From positions 1-17,031 of the forward strand of contig CAYVAH010000014.1 of the NCBI GenBank assembly GCA_964449215.1: a DNA stretch of 17,031 nt, read 5' to 3'. Each line of letters starts with the position of its first letter. Position 1 is the first letter of the stretch. Shown here piece by piece: positions 6,412 to 14,845 of this stretch. Source of the stretch: Candidatus Undinarchaeota archaeon (GTDB taxonomy: Archaea; SpSt-1190). The translations under genes and the position numbers were made by a program. The notes below the pieces were generated by a model, which did no database searches, had not been told where the DNA came from, and worked only from the letters and a program-made list of their open reading frames with translations.

Positions 6412-9400
6412 TCAGTCTTCCCCATACATCTCGGCACCATGCTGGCTTATCATCCGGCAGTGCATCGCGGTCCTGCTGTTGCCCATATCGAAACCGAGTT
6501 CCGTGTCAGGTTCAGGACGATACAGCGGGTCGCATCCAACCGCATCGAACACATACCTGCCTTCTCCGCTTATGCCATACTCGGTAACGTTTATGGTTTC
6601 TTCATACCAGTTGCCTTCCTCACTGTTGAGGGCTACCCATCCTGTGTCTTCACACATCCCGAACAGGCAGAACAGGTTTCCGACCGCCGGTATTTCCATC
6701 ACCCTGAACTTAACGGTTTCCGGTGCGATTCCCGTTCTATCGTCAAGATACAGCGACACTGGCAGCATTTCGTTGTATACTCCGCCTGTTTGTGGGCTTG
6801 CCACCTCCATGCTGGGTCTGTCATTATCCACCATCATTGTTGTGGATGCCGTCCCTATGTTGAACTGTTCGTCCCGTGCGTGGACCATCAGGTAGTAGTT
6901 GCCGGATTCCAGTCCTTCCGGGAGCGGGCCGTTTATCTCGCAGAGGTTGTAGTCCAGTGCGGTTCCCGGGATATCATATCCGGTGTCCCCACCCGGTTCA
7001 CCCTCATTATCGGTGTAGATGTCGGCCCAGCAGTCATCAAATCCAGACTGGTATTCATCCACTTCAGCCTGCAGGCTCACGGTGTCACCTTCTGTCAGGG
7101 GACCCTCAAGTGTTCCGATATCTGTTATGAACACTCCAGGCCCTTCGTTATCCATGTTCATGGTTATTGGGCTGAGCCACGGGTTCAGTGCCAGCCAGCT
7201 ATACTTGTTGCCCACGTTGTCCACTATATCAACCCACAGAAAGACGGTGTCATTCAAACCGCTATCCTCCGGTATGGTCAGCTCTCCCTTGCAGATTACT
7301 TCATTGCCTTCGACCACTGCGTCAAGTGTCCCGAGCTCGACGACCTTCGGGTTTATGCCCATCTTGTAGAGCTCCTCCAGGTAGTCCCAGAGGTCCTTCA
7401 CGTTGGACTGATTTATTCCCTCAAAGTTGTAGTCCACGGCGTAGAAGGTGCATTGGTCCACACCACTGGCAGGGCAGTCATGGTTGTCGAACATGCAACC
7501 AACCTGATCCAGTATGCAGTCACTCTCGCAAGTGTTGCCCCCAAAGTCGATCACGGGCATATAGACGTAGAAGGGCTTGCCATCCCTGTAATACTGTCCG
7601 GCATGCGGATTCAGCACTTCACCGATCGGTGAGGTGTTGTCAATCAATATTTCCAGTCCGTCTGTCCATTCTGCTTCATTCCCGAGATAGTCAGTGGCTG
7701 TGACCTCGAAGTGCCACCTTCCACATTCTTCATACTGTGCTTCTCTTTCGAAGCAGTAGGCCTGCTCTTCTTCGTCCCAGGGCATTTCCGGGTCGTCAAG
7801 CTCAGAGGTTCTTCCATGGACCGTCCAGACCCCGACTCCCGGGTCGTCCGTCTGCTTCACGTCACGGACACGGGCGCAGAACTTGACCCTGTCGTCACCA
7901 CCAACATAAACATCTCCTTCGTATATGGGTTCCCCGCCATTTACGCGGACATATTTTTCAATCTCTGGCGGTGCAGTATCGACATTATCGACTTCCGTGT
8001 GAATTTCTTCCTTGTTCCCGAACCTGTCCATGCAGTAGTATTGCAGCGTGTGAACAGAGTCCTCGCCAAAGCGGATCGGCCCGTCATATTCCATCCAGCT
8101 TGTGTACCCTTCCCCATCGACATCATACCTGTAGTATATCTTGTAAGCTCCACTCGGGTGCGGATAAACATCCTCACAGTCAAGGGATATGGGTGTATCC
8201 TGGGTTATCCAGTAGTCATATTCATCCTCTCCAATGTACTGGGGTTCACAGACCTCCTTGTCAGTTTCGGGTGGGTCGAGGTCCACGGCATCTGTTTCAA
8301 AGTGGTGTTTCTCTTCATTTCCAAGTGCATCCACACACCAGTATTCTACCTGGTGATAGGACGACTCGTCGAAGCTGATGGGTTCTTCATAGATTGCTGG
8401 TTCTGACCACTCGGTCCACTCCTCCCCATCTCTGCTCCATCTGGTGCTCCAGTACACTGTCACATCATCAACCGGGTGTGGTTCCGGGTCCTCGCAGGTC
8501 AGCACTATCTGTGCTTTATCGTCTATTAGATAGTCCACTCCTTCCTCCGGGCCGGGTATCACGTTTTCACCGATGACATCCTTTTCAGTTTCAGGCGGCT
8601 GCGAATCCACTATATCCAGCTCATAGTGGACCCGCCCGGTGTTCCCGAGCGCATCCACGCAGTAGTAGTAGAGCTCGTGGTAGCTGTCCTCCCCATATGA
8701 GAACGGTCCCGGATATTCCTCCCAGCCTTCCATTGCCGGTTCTCCGTTCACAAAGTACATGTAATAGATGGTCTCGTGGTCAACTGGATGCGGTTCCGGG
8801 TCCTGGCAGTTCAGGTATATGGGCGTTTGCTGTGTGATGTACCAGGCTCCATCATAGACCTCATACTCTCCGGAGGGTTCGTACTGAACTTCCCCTGCAG
8901 GGACCTTCGGGTCACCCAGTTCCTTCTCAACTTCCGGCGGGGTGTCATCTACAAAGACGCACTGCTTTTTCACGTCTTCAACCTTGCCCACGCCATCCAC
9001 ACTGTAATACTCAATAAGGTGACAGCTCTCTTCATCCTTTGTGAACGGTCCCTCATAGACATTCCAGTCCCCGTATCCTTCCGCCTCCTGGCAGAGTTCC
9101 TGGTCCCAGCAGTATCTCTCATCAACCAGGGAGTTCCTCCAGTAGGTGACCCTTATGCCGCTCTCATGCGGTCCTGCGTCATCACTTGCCTCCAGCACAA
9201 CCGAGGTGTTAGTTTTAATCCACTTCGGGTAACCTCTGGAGGGGAACTGCTCGCCTTCGTACCATTTTTCGGTCACAGGTGGGGTTTTATCCACTATGAA
9301 GATTTCCGGGCCATCATAAACTTCATTTCCAAGGGCATCCCAGCACCTGATAAAGAGTGCATGCACGGACTCCTCCGGGAAGTTTATGTCGAATGGTGGT

Positions 9401-11058
9401 GTGGCTTCCCCACCTCCACCGCCTTCGGTGTCCAGCAGCTCATATCTCCACTCACACTCCACGTTATCAACGGGATGCGGTTCGGGGTCCAATGCCTCAA
9501 CATGTATGGCTGTGTTGCCATCAATCTGGCACCATTCCTCACTGTCAGGTTCGGGTGGACAGTCACCAAAATGTTCCCCGACCACAGTCTTTTTGATGAC
9601 CGGCGGGGTGTTGTCCACGGCATGCTCCTGCACATGCAACTGTTCCTTGTTTCCGAGTTTATCGACAGCATACCACCTTATCTCGTGGACTGACTCCCTG
9701 TCGAAGCTGTATTCCACGTGGCCATCCTTGTCCATGCCACTTTCAAGTAAGGTGTCTTCGTATGCTATGCCATCGCCGTCGCTGTCCCACCATATTTCAT
9801 ACCAGAGATAGTCAACCCCCACGGGGCAGTCCTCCGGGAAGTCCTCAGCATCCAAGATAACGGTGGTGCCAACGGTGACATAGTAATTATCCCCCGTGAC
9901 TCTGTCATAGGTTGGTCCATCAAAACTCTTTGTGGTTTTTGGTGGGGTGTCATCTACGTTGTCTATCTGTATGTGATGATGCTCTGTGTTTCCGATAAGG
10001 TCGACGGCCCAGTATGTCAGGTTCCGGCCGCACCCTTCAGGGAGGGTGAACGGCCCGGTGTATGTGTGTATGGTGCCACCATCTATCTGATAGTAAATTT
10101 TGTCCACGCCTATACCGCAAGGATTCCCGTATTCATCAATTTCTTCTGCTGATAGGCTGAACTCTGTGGCGGATGTCACGAACAGATGGCAGTTAAATGG
10201 GTCCTCTTCCTCACAGACAACATATGGCTCTCCCCATTCCTTGGTTGTGACCGGTGGAGCATTGTCTATACCAAACTTGTTGGTGTCTGAGCATTCATTA
10301 CCAGTCCAGTCCTCAGCCCATATACGGACGTTTGAAAATGCACACAAAGTGTAGTTTGGGGAAGGCCAGTAACGTTCATAAAAGCCACTTACGGGGTTGT
10401 AGGTCATTTCATACCTGTATGGCGGGTAATCAGGGGCGAACCACAAACCGAACTGGTCGGACACCTGTGTGGTGACGTTTTTCACACCGCTTCCGGGCCA
10501 CGATTCTGTTGCGACCCCTTTGATGAGTATGCTACCGTAATACCAGATGATGGGGTCATTAGCTGCTGGGTTGATAACCTCCACATCGGGGCATTCATCA
10601 TCATAAAGGTAATTGAGAGTGATCACCACATTTGGTTCATCATCAAAACAGTTTAAGGTGACTGTTGCGTAATCTTCGGTTATTACAGGCGACTCGTCAC
10701 CATCAACGGTGTACCTGTTGAAGAAATAGCTGTCAGCGATATACTGGGCATTGCTTATATTGACAACTGCACCATGGCAGCAGTAGAAAGTTTGCTCGGT
10801 TGTGAATGTTCCGCTTGTCACGGATGTCTCGTTCGGGAACCAGCATTCGCCTTCCAAAACTTCAAAATCGAAGGTTCCACCCTGAGCGGCTTCGGGACTT
10901 GCAGTCACGAGGAGCTCCTTCTCCTCGCACTGGTCGATGGCCCAAGCGCTAGAGCTTACGCTAACAATGATGAGGGACATGAAAAACGCCCGAAGAACAC
11001 CCGAAAGATTCATAATAGGTTGTCCAGTTCGCGAGGCCTGCCCCTTTTTGTATATCAT
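6412..11058 (-). CDS. Giant secreted acidic, Cys-rich protein made of about 12 tandem Ig-like beta-sandwich modules
   Basis: Signal peptide ...RAFFMSLIIVSVSSSAWA; modules start D-x-x-P-P-x-[TVI]-x-K and end H-x-[LIV]-x-Y-[YW]-[CAS]-V-D-x-x-G-N; no C-terminal TM helix. Start is 11058 or 11013. Confidence 0.85.
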   Translation of the reverse strand: MIYKKGQASRTGQPIMNLSGVLRAFFMSLIIVSVSSSAWAIDQCEEKELLVTASPEAAQGGTFDFEVLEGECWFPNETSVTSGTFTTEQTFYCCHGAVVNISNAQYIADSYFFNRYTVDGDESPVITEDYATVTLNCFDDEPNVVITLNYLYDDECPDVEVINPAANDPIIWYYGSILIKGVATESWPGSGVKNVTTQVSDQFGLWFAPDYPPYRYEMTYNPVSGFYERYWPSPNYTLCAFSNVRIWAEDWTGNECSDTNKFGIDNAPPVTTKEWGEPYVVCEEEDPFNCHLFVTSATEFSLSAEEIDEYGNPCGIGVDKIYYQIDGGTIHTYTGPFTLPEGCGRNLTYWAVDLIGNTEHHHIQIDNVDDTPPKTTKSFDGPTYDRVTGDNYYVTVGTTVILDAEDFPEDCPVGVDYLWYEIWWDSDGDGIAYEDTLLESGMDKDGHVEYSFDRESVHEIRWYAVDKLGNKEQLHVQEHAVDNTPPVIKKTVVGEHFGDCPPEPDSEEWCQIDGNTAIHVEALDPEPHPVDNVECEWRYELLDTEGGGGGEATPPFDINFPEESVHALFIRCWDALGNEVYDGPEIFIVDKTPPVTEKWYEGEQFPSRGYPKWIKTNTSVVLEASDDAGPHESGIRVTYWRNSLVDERYCWDQELCQEAEGYGDWNVYEGPFTKDEESCHLIEYYSVDGVGKVEDVKKQCVFVDDTPPEVEKELGDPKVPAGEVQYEPSGEYEVYDGAWYITQQTPIYLNCQDPEPHPVDHETIYYMYFVNGEPAMEGWEEYPGPFSYGEDSYHELYYYCVDALGNTGRVHYELDIVDSQPPETEKDVIGENVIPGPEEGVDYLIDDKAQIVLTCEDPEPHPVDDVTVYWSTRWSRDGEEWTEWSEPAIYEEPISFDESSYHQVEYWCVDALGNEEKHHFETDAVDLDPPETDKEVCEPQYIGEDEYDYWITQDTPISLDCEDVYPHPSGAYKIYYRYDVDGEGYTSWMEYDGPIRFGEDSVHTLQYYCMDRFGNKEEIHTEVDNVDTAPPEIEKYVRVNGGEPIYEGDVYVGGDDRVKFCARVRDVKQTDDPGVGVWTVHGRTSELDDPEMPWDEEEQAYCFEREAQYEECGRWHFEVTATDYLGNEAEWTDGLEILIDNTSPIGEVLNPHAGQYYRDGKPFYVYMPVIDFGGNTCESDCILDQVGCMFDNHDCPASGVDQCTFYAVDYNFEGINQSNVKDLWDYLEELYKMGINPKVVELGTLDAVVEGNEVICKGELTIPEDSGLNDTVFLWVDIVDNVGNKYSWLALNPWLSPITMNMDNEGPGVFITDIGTLEGPLTEGDTVSLQAEVDEYQSGFDDCWADIYTDNEGEPGGDTGYDIPGTALDYNLCEINGPLPEGLESGNYYLMVHARDEQFNIGTASTTMMVDNDRPSMEVASPQTGGVYNEMLPVSLYLDDRTGIAPETVKFRVMEIPAVGNLFCLFGMCEDTGWVALNSEEGNWYEETINVTEYGISGEGRYVFDAVGCDPLYRPEPDTELGFDMGNSRTAMHCRMISQHGAEMYGED
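7981..10266 (-). repeat. Seven closely related ~110-aa tandem modules within the giant protein
   Basis: Module starts DNAPP, DDTPP, DNTPP, DKTPP, DDTPP, DSQPP, DLDPP (next is DTAPP at 7980). The peptide DPEPHPVD recurs at 8467-8490, 8779-8802 and 9466-9489 with synonymous changes. Confidence 0.85.
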
Positions 11059-11091
11059 TTATGACAACTCATTACCTTGCAAAGCAGTGGG

Positions 11092-11107
11092 TTTTTATAA
11101 CTGTTTC
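11092..11107 (-). promoter_or_regulatory. Putative BRE/TATA box for the surface-protein operon
   Basis: Minus GAAACAG-TTATAAAAA in the AT-rich gap, ending about 33 nt before ATG 11058. Confidence 0.5.
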
Positions 11108-11137
11108 TATTTGGCAGGAGAATAATCGGAATAAATG

Positions 11138-11521
11138 TCATGCTTTTTGGTTCTTTGCACTGAGCCTGAGCTTCAGTTCGAGGTTTTTCTGTGCCATGAG
11201 GTGGAAGAGTTGCATTATGTCGTTGGTCACATTTTGCAGCTCCCGGATTTCTACTGTTATTGGTTCTGTGGACTCGAAGACCACGGCTGTGGGGGCGAAC
11301 CCCATAAGTGCGGCGAAGAATGCCTCGAAGCTCTTTGTTTTTATGCCGACATCCGCCAGGGCCGAGAACAGTTCTTCCACCTTCTCGGTCGGTTCGAACT
11401 TCACATCATAGACCTCCACACCCTTCATCATCTTCATCTGCTCCACATGTTTTTTCAGCACGTTCTCAACATCATTCTTCTTGTTTCCCTGAGTTTCAAT
11501 TATGAATCTCGCTTGAATCAT
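11138..11521 (-). CDS. Hypothetical protein, alpha/beta pattern with C-terminal coiled-coil-like helix
   Basis: Fills the gap after amrS on the same strand; SD GGTGA precedes ATG 11521 (alternative start 11533). It resembles an uncharacterised archaeal family, but I cannot name it. Confidence 0.75.
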   Translation of the reverse strand: MIQARFIIETQGNKKNDVENVLKKHVEQMKMMKGVEVYDVKFEPTEKVEELFSALADVGIKTKSFEAFFAALMGFAPTAVVFESTEPITVEIRELQNVTNDIMQLFHLMAQKNLELKLRLSAKNQKA

Positions 11522-11526
11522 GTCCT

Positions 11527-12546
11527 TCACCATCCCGAGGATTTAATTATCTTTCCAATCACCTTGATTTGTTGCCCGCACACGGGGCATTTATTCCTCT
11601 TGAGGTTCACCCTGCCGAGGCGGAGCCCCACCCTTTCCATGACCCTTGTTCCGCATCCCGGGCAGTATGTCGATTCGGCTTCGCTCCCCGGGACATTTCC
11701 GGCATAGACATAGCTGAGCCTCTCCTTTGCGATGCTGACTGCTCTTTCCACTGTTTTTACCGGGGTTGGCAGGCGGTCCTTCATCTTGTAATACGGGAAA
11801 AAGCGGGAGAAGTGCACGGGCATCTCAGGGTCCAGTTCCGCCACAAAATCCACCACTGTTCTAATGTCCCCCTCGGAGTCGTTCAAGCCTGGGATCAGCA
11901 GGTTCGTGACCTCCACCCAGACCCCTCGCCTGTGAAATTCTTTTACGGCATTCAGCACCGGCTGAAGCCCCACACCACCAGCGAACTTCCTGTAGAACCG
12001 GTCATTCCCCTTTATGTCAATGTTTATGGCGTCCACCAGCTTTGATATCTCGCGTATCGGCTCCGGGTTTATCATACCGTTGCTCACCCACACATTGTAC
12101 AGCCCCTCCTTTCTGGCGAGCTTCGCCGTGTCGTGACAGAACTCGTAGAACACCGTGGGTTCCGTGTAGGTGTAGGCTATCCCCTGACAGCCGGTCTTCA
12201 GTGCCTCTTCAACTATGGTTTCCGGTTCAACAGACCATTCAGGAAACTCATAAACCTGGCTTATCTGCCAGTTCTGACAAAAGGCACAGTGGAGATTGCA
12301 TCCGGGGGTTGATATGCTGAAAACCCGGGAGCCGGGCCAGAAATGAAACAGCGGCTTTTTTTCTATGGGGTCGATGTTCTGGGCCACGATTTTTCCATAG
12401 CTCAGGCTTACGAGTCTTCCCTCCACGTTTTTCCGCACCCCACAGCCCCCTGTTTCTCCGTCCATCAGCACGCAGGCCTGGGGGCAGAGCTGACACACCA
12501 CTTGTCCCTTCCAGGGTTTCCACCACCTCGCTTCATGCAGTTTCAT
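11527..12546 (-). CDS. amrS: AmmeMemoRadiSam system radical SAM enzyme (PflA-like family)
   Basis: CQLCPQAC...CGVR, IDPIEKKPLFHFWPG, radical SAM GCNLHCAFCQNWQISQ, IAYTYTEP, NIDIKG, HFSRFFP, YVYAGNV, TYCPGCG...CPVCG. Confidence 0.9.
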   Translation of the reverse strand: MKLHEARWWKPWKGQVVCQLCPQACVLMDGETGGCGVRKNVEGRLVSLSYGKIVAQNIDPIEKKPLFHFWPGSRVFSISTPGCNLHCAFCQNWQISQVYEFPEWSVEPETIVEEALKTGCQGIAYTYTEPTVFYEFCHDTAKLARKEGLYNVWVSNGMINPEPIREISKLVDAINIDIKGNDRFYRKFAGGVGLQPVLNAVKEFHRRGVWVEVTNLLIPGLNDSEGDIRTVVDFVAELDPEMPVHFSRFFPYYKMKDRLPTPVKTVERAVSIAKERLSYVYAGNVPGSEAESTYCPGCGTRVMERVGLRLGRVNLKRNKCPVCGQQIKVIGKIIKSSGW

Positions 12547-12547
12547 G

Positions 12548-14182
12548 TCAATCACTTATGAATATCAGCTCCAGCGGCCTTCTCCGGTCTATGCGTGCGA
12601 ATCCCACCCTTTCCATCTGGACGAACTCTCCCTTGTAGGAGCCAAGTCCCCTTTCTGCCAGCACCCGCTTCCTCTTAACCTTCTGGAGTTTTCCATTCCC
12701 AAAGAGCTTTCCTGCCACCACAAGCGTTGCCTCCGCGGGGTCGCTCACCCAGTGCACTATCGGGCGGATAAGCTCATTACCCGCATACACGGCCCGCTTT
12801 TTTTCTATGCGGATGTTGTATGCACCTTTGAGCCGCAGGGTCTTCCCGTCCTTGTAGTCGCTCCTGTCTATGAAAACACGCTTCGCTAGTTTCACCTTCC
12901 TTTCTCCCTTGGCTTCCGGGTGTAACGGCAGCTTTGCCACGACCTCGGGCCCATCGAGTTTCAGCTCCACCGGGTCAACCACGACAAAAAATCTCCCCGC
13001 TATCGGGTCTATGTTCTTGCGGTTAAGCCCCAGCAGGAGTTCCCAGGTGATTGTGCTTTTTCCAAGGTAAGGTCCCGTGGCTTTGGCGAGGTCCTCAAAG
13101 GTCTTGGGGTGAATACCCCTCCTTCGCAGGGCCATAAGGGTTGCCAGGCGCGGGTCATCCCACCCTTCCACCTTGCCATCCTCCACGAGAGGCCTGATGA
13201 GCCGCTTGCTGGTGGGTGTCCCTTCCATCTCGAACCTGCCGTAGTGAACATAGACCGGTGGCTTCATACCCAGGGACGAAATTATCGCCCTGTGAAGCTC
13301 CGCGCGCATTAAGAACTCCTCACTCCTCAGCACATGGGTGATTCCCAGCAAACCGTCGGTGACAGCACTGGCGAAATCGTATGTTGGGTAGACCACGTGA
13401 TTCTCCCCAGTCCAGGGATGCTTGACGTCCAGAACACGGTAAAGAGTTGGATCCCGGAGCACGGAATTCTTCGCCTTGGGGTCCCCTTTCCACCGCAGCA
13501 CGAACCTCCCACCGGCGAGCATTTCTTCCCAGAGCTCCATGTTCTTTGCCTTATCGTTGTTTCTGCAGGGGTCGGCTTTCAGCTCCCTCCTCCCCTTGCT
13601 TGCCTCTTCACCCGGGCAGGTGCAGACATACGCCCTGCCAAGCTCGATGAGCTTCTCCGCACCCTTCCGCAGTTCCCTGAAATGCTCGGAGAGCACGAAT
13701 TTCTCATCCCATTTTATCCCCAGCCACTCTATGTCCCGTTCTATGGCCCTGTAGTATTCTTTTTTCTCCTTCAGGGGGTTCGTGTCTTCGAATTTTAGCA
13801 CCAGCTTCCCTTCATATCTGCTCGCATAGAGGTAGTTCAGATAAAAGCTCAAAGCGTGACCCATGTGCAGGTAGCCGTTCGGCTCCGGTGGCAGCCGTAA
13901 CTTCACACCATCTTCCACCCCCTCCAAAGGTGGCAATTCCTTTACTTCTTCACGTTTCTCCTTGTGGAGAAGTTCGGGTGCCAGCTCCAGAAGCTTTTTT
14001 TCCACGGTTCTGGCGGACATCCTGTTGACCTCTCCAACAACCTTCCTGACCTTCTCGACAACAGCCCGGGCATTTTTTTTCAGTTCCGGCTGTTCGCCGA
14101 AAACCTTGCTCACAACAGCCTTGAAGTCTGCCTTTCCGTAGCGGTGGGCATTTGCTAGGGCGTGCTTGAGTATCACATCCAT
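12548..14182 (-). CDS. gltX: Glutamate--tRNA ligase, archaeal type
   Basis: HALANAHRYG N-terminus, PPEPNGYLHMGH (HIGH), FEDTNP, YVCTC, YPTYDFA, THVLRSEE, TSKR, GWDDPRL, QMERVGFARID. Confidence 0.96.
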   Translation of the reverse strand: MDVILKHALANAHRYGKADFKAVVSKVFGEQPELKKNARAVVEKVRKVVGEVNRMSARTVEKKLLELAPELLHKEKREEVKELPPLEGVEDGVKLRLPPEPNGYLHMGHALSFYLNYLYASRYEGKLVLKFEDTNPLKEKKEYYRAIERDIEWLGIKWDEKFVLSEHFRELRKGAEKLIELGRAYVCTCPGEEASKGRRELKADPCRNNDKAKNMELWEEMLAGGRFVLRWKGDPKAKNSVLRDPTLYRVLDVKHPWTGENHVVYPTYDFASAVTDGLLGITHVLRSEEFLMRAELHRAIISSLGMKPPVYVHYGRFEMEGTPTSKRLIRPLVEDGKVEGWDDPRLATLMALRRRGIHPKTFEDLAKATGPYLGKSTITWELLLGLNRKNIDPIAGRFFVVVDPVELKLDGPEVVAKLPLHPEAKGERKVKLAKRVFIDRSDYKDGKTLRLKGAYNIRIEKKRAVYAGNELIRPIVHWVSDPAEATLVVAGKLFGNGKLQKVKRKRVLAERGLGSYKGEFVQMERVGFARIDRRRPLELIFISD

Positions 14183-14202
14183 GCCTATAAGTGGTGGCGA
14201 AG

Positions 14203-14210
14203 TTTATTAG
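14203..14210 (-). promoter_or_regulatory. Putative TATA box for gltX
   Basis: Minus CTAATAAA ends about 20 nt before ATG 14182. Confidence 0.4.
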
Positions 14211-14250
14211 TGTTGTTTAGTGGTGTCAAAAGGGCAAATGAATTATAATC

Positions 14251-14265
14251 CGAAATTGTTATAAA
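14251..14265 (+). promoter_or_regulatory. BRE/TATA box of the DUF5320-DUF134 unit
   Basis: CGAAATTG-TTATAAA, followed by SD GAGGTGA (14287-14293) and ATG 14299. Confidence 0.65.
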
Positions 14266-14270
14266 CTGAA

Positions 14271-14286
14271 ATGAATATATATTCAT
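14271..14286. promoter_or_regulatory. Perfect 16-bp palindrome, candidate operator
   Basis: ATGAATATATATTCAT is its own reverse complement and lies between the TATA box and the SD. Confidence 0.65.
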
Positions 14287-14298
14287 GAGGTGATGTAT

Positions 14299-14541
14299 AT
14301 GCCAAGAGGAGATAGAACTGGTCCGCTGGGTCGAGGACCCATGACAGGACGTGGTCTGGGATACTGCGCTGGTTACGATGCCCCTGGATTCATGTTTGGC
14401 AGGGGCTTCGGGAGAGGCAGGCGCTTTCCGGCACCGGCTCCGGTGAAGCTTTCAAAGGAAGAGCAGATAAAGGTGCTTGAAGCTCAGAAGAAGGCCCTGG
14501 AGAAGAGGCTTGAAGAGCTGAAAGGCGATGCCAAGGCGTAG
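14299..14541 (+). CDS. DUF5320 family protein
   Basis: MPRGDRTGPLGRGPMTGRGLGYCAG, Gly/Arg-rich middle, C-terminal coiled coil; SD GAGGTGA. Confidence 0.88.
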   Translation: MPRGDRTGPLGRGPMTGRGLGYCAGYDAPGFMFGRGFGRGRRFPAPAPVKLSKEEQIKVLEAQKKALEKRLEELKGDAKA

Positions 14542-14845
14542 AAAGAGATGCTGGGTTGGGGGGATGCCCCGGGTGAGATATTTCAAGCCCCAGGGTATCC
14601 CTGTTTCTTCTTTACAAGAGGTGGTGCTGACTGTGGAGGAGCACGAAGCGTTGAAGCTCGCTGATCTGCAGGGTTTGCCACAGAAAGAAGCGGCGGAGAA
14701 GATGGGAATTTCACAGCCCACATTTTACCGGTTGTTGAAGTCGGCACGCAGCAAGGCTTCCATGGCCATAATAGAGGGGAAGGCCATCCGCATAGAAGGG
14801 GGGAGCTACGTTGTGGGTGGCAGGGGCAGAAGGATGCGGGGCTAG
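14528..14845 (+). CDS. DUF134 (UPF0251) predicted HTH DNA-binding protein
   Basis: MPRRRKRC...YFKPQG...LTVEEHEALKLADLQGLPQKEAAEKMGISQPTFYRLLKSARSK...IIEGKAIRIEGG. Confidence 0.92.
   Translation: MPRRRKRCWVGGMPRVRYFKPQGIPVSSLQEVVLTVEEHEALKLADLQGLPQKEAAEKMGISQPTFYRLLKSARSKASMAIIEGKAIRIEGGSYVVGGRGRRMRG

Noticed and set aside
8467..9489. Repeated ~24-nt sequences as a CRISPR array or DGR template/variable repeat
   Set aside because: They are in-frame coding repeats with synonymous differences, spaced 312 and 687 nt apart, with no cas or reverse transcriptase gene nearby.
6439..9811. Several long plus-strand ORFs opposite the giant gene
   Set aside because: These are antisense shadows from codon bias, with no motifs or start signals.
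11014..11058. KKGQ at the N-terminus as a class III (pilin-type) signal peptide
   Set aside because: It is followed by polar residues (ASRTGQP) rather than a hydrophobic stretch; a Sec signal ending AWA fits better.
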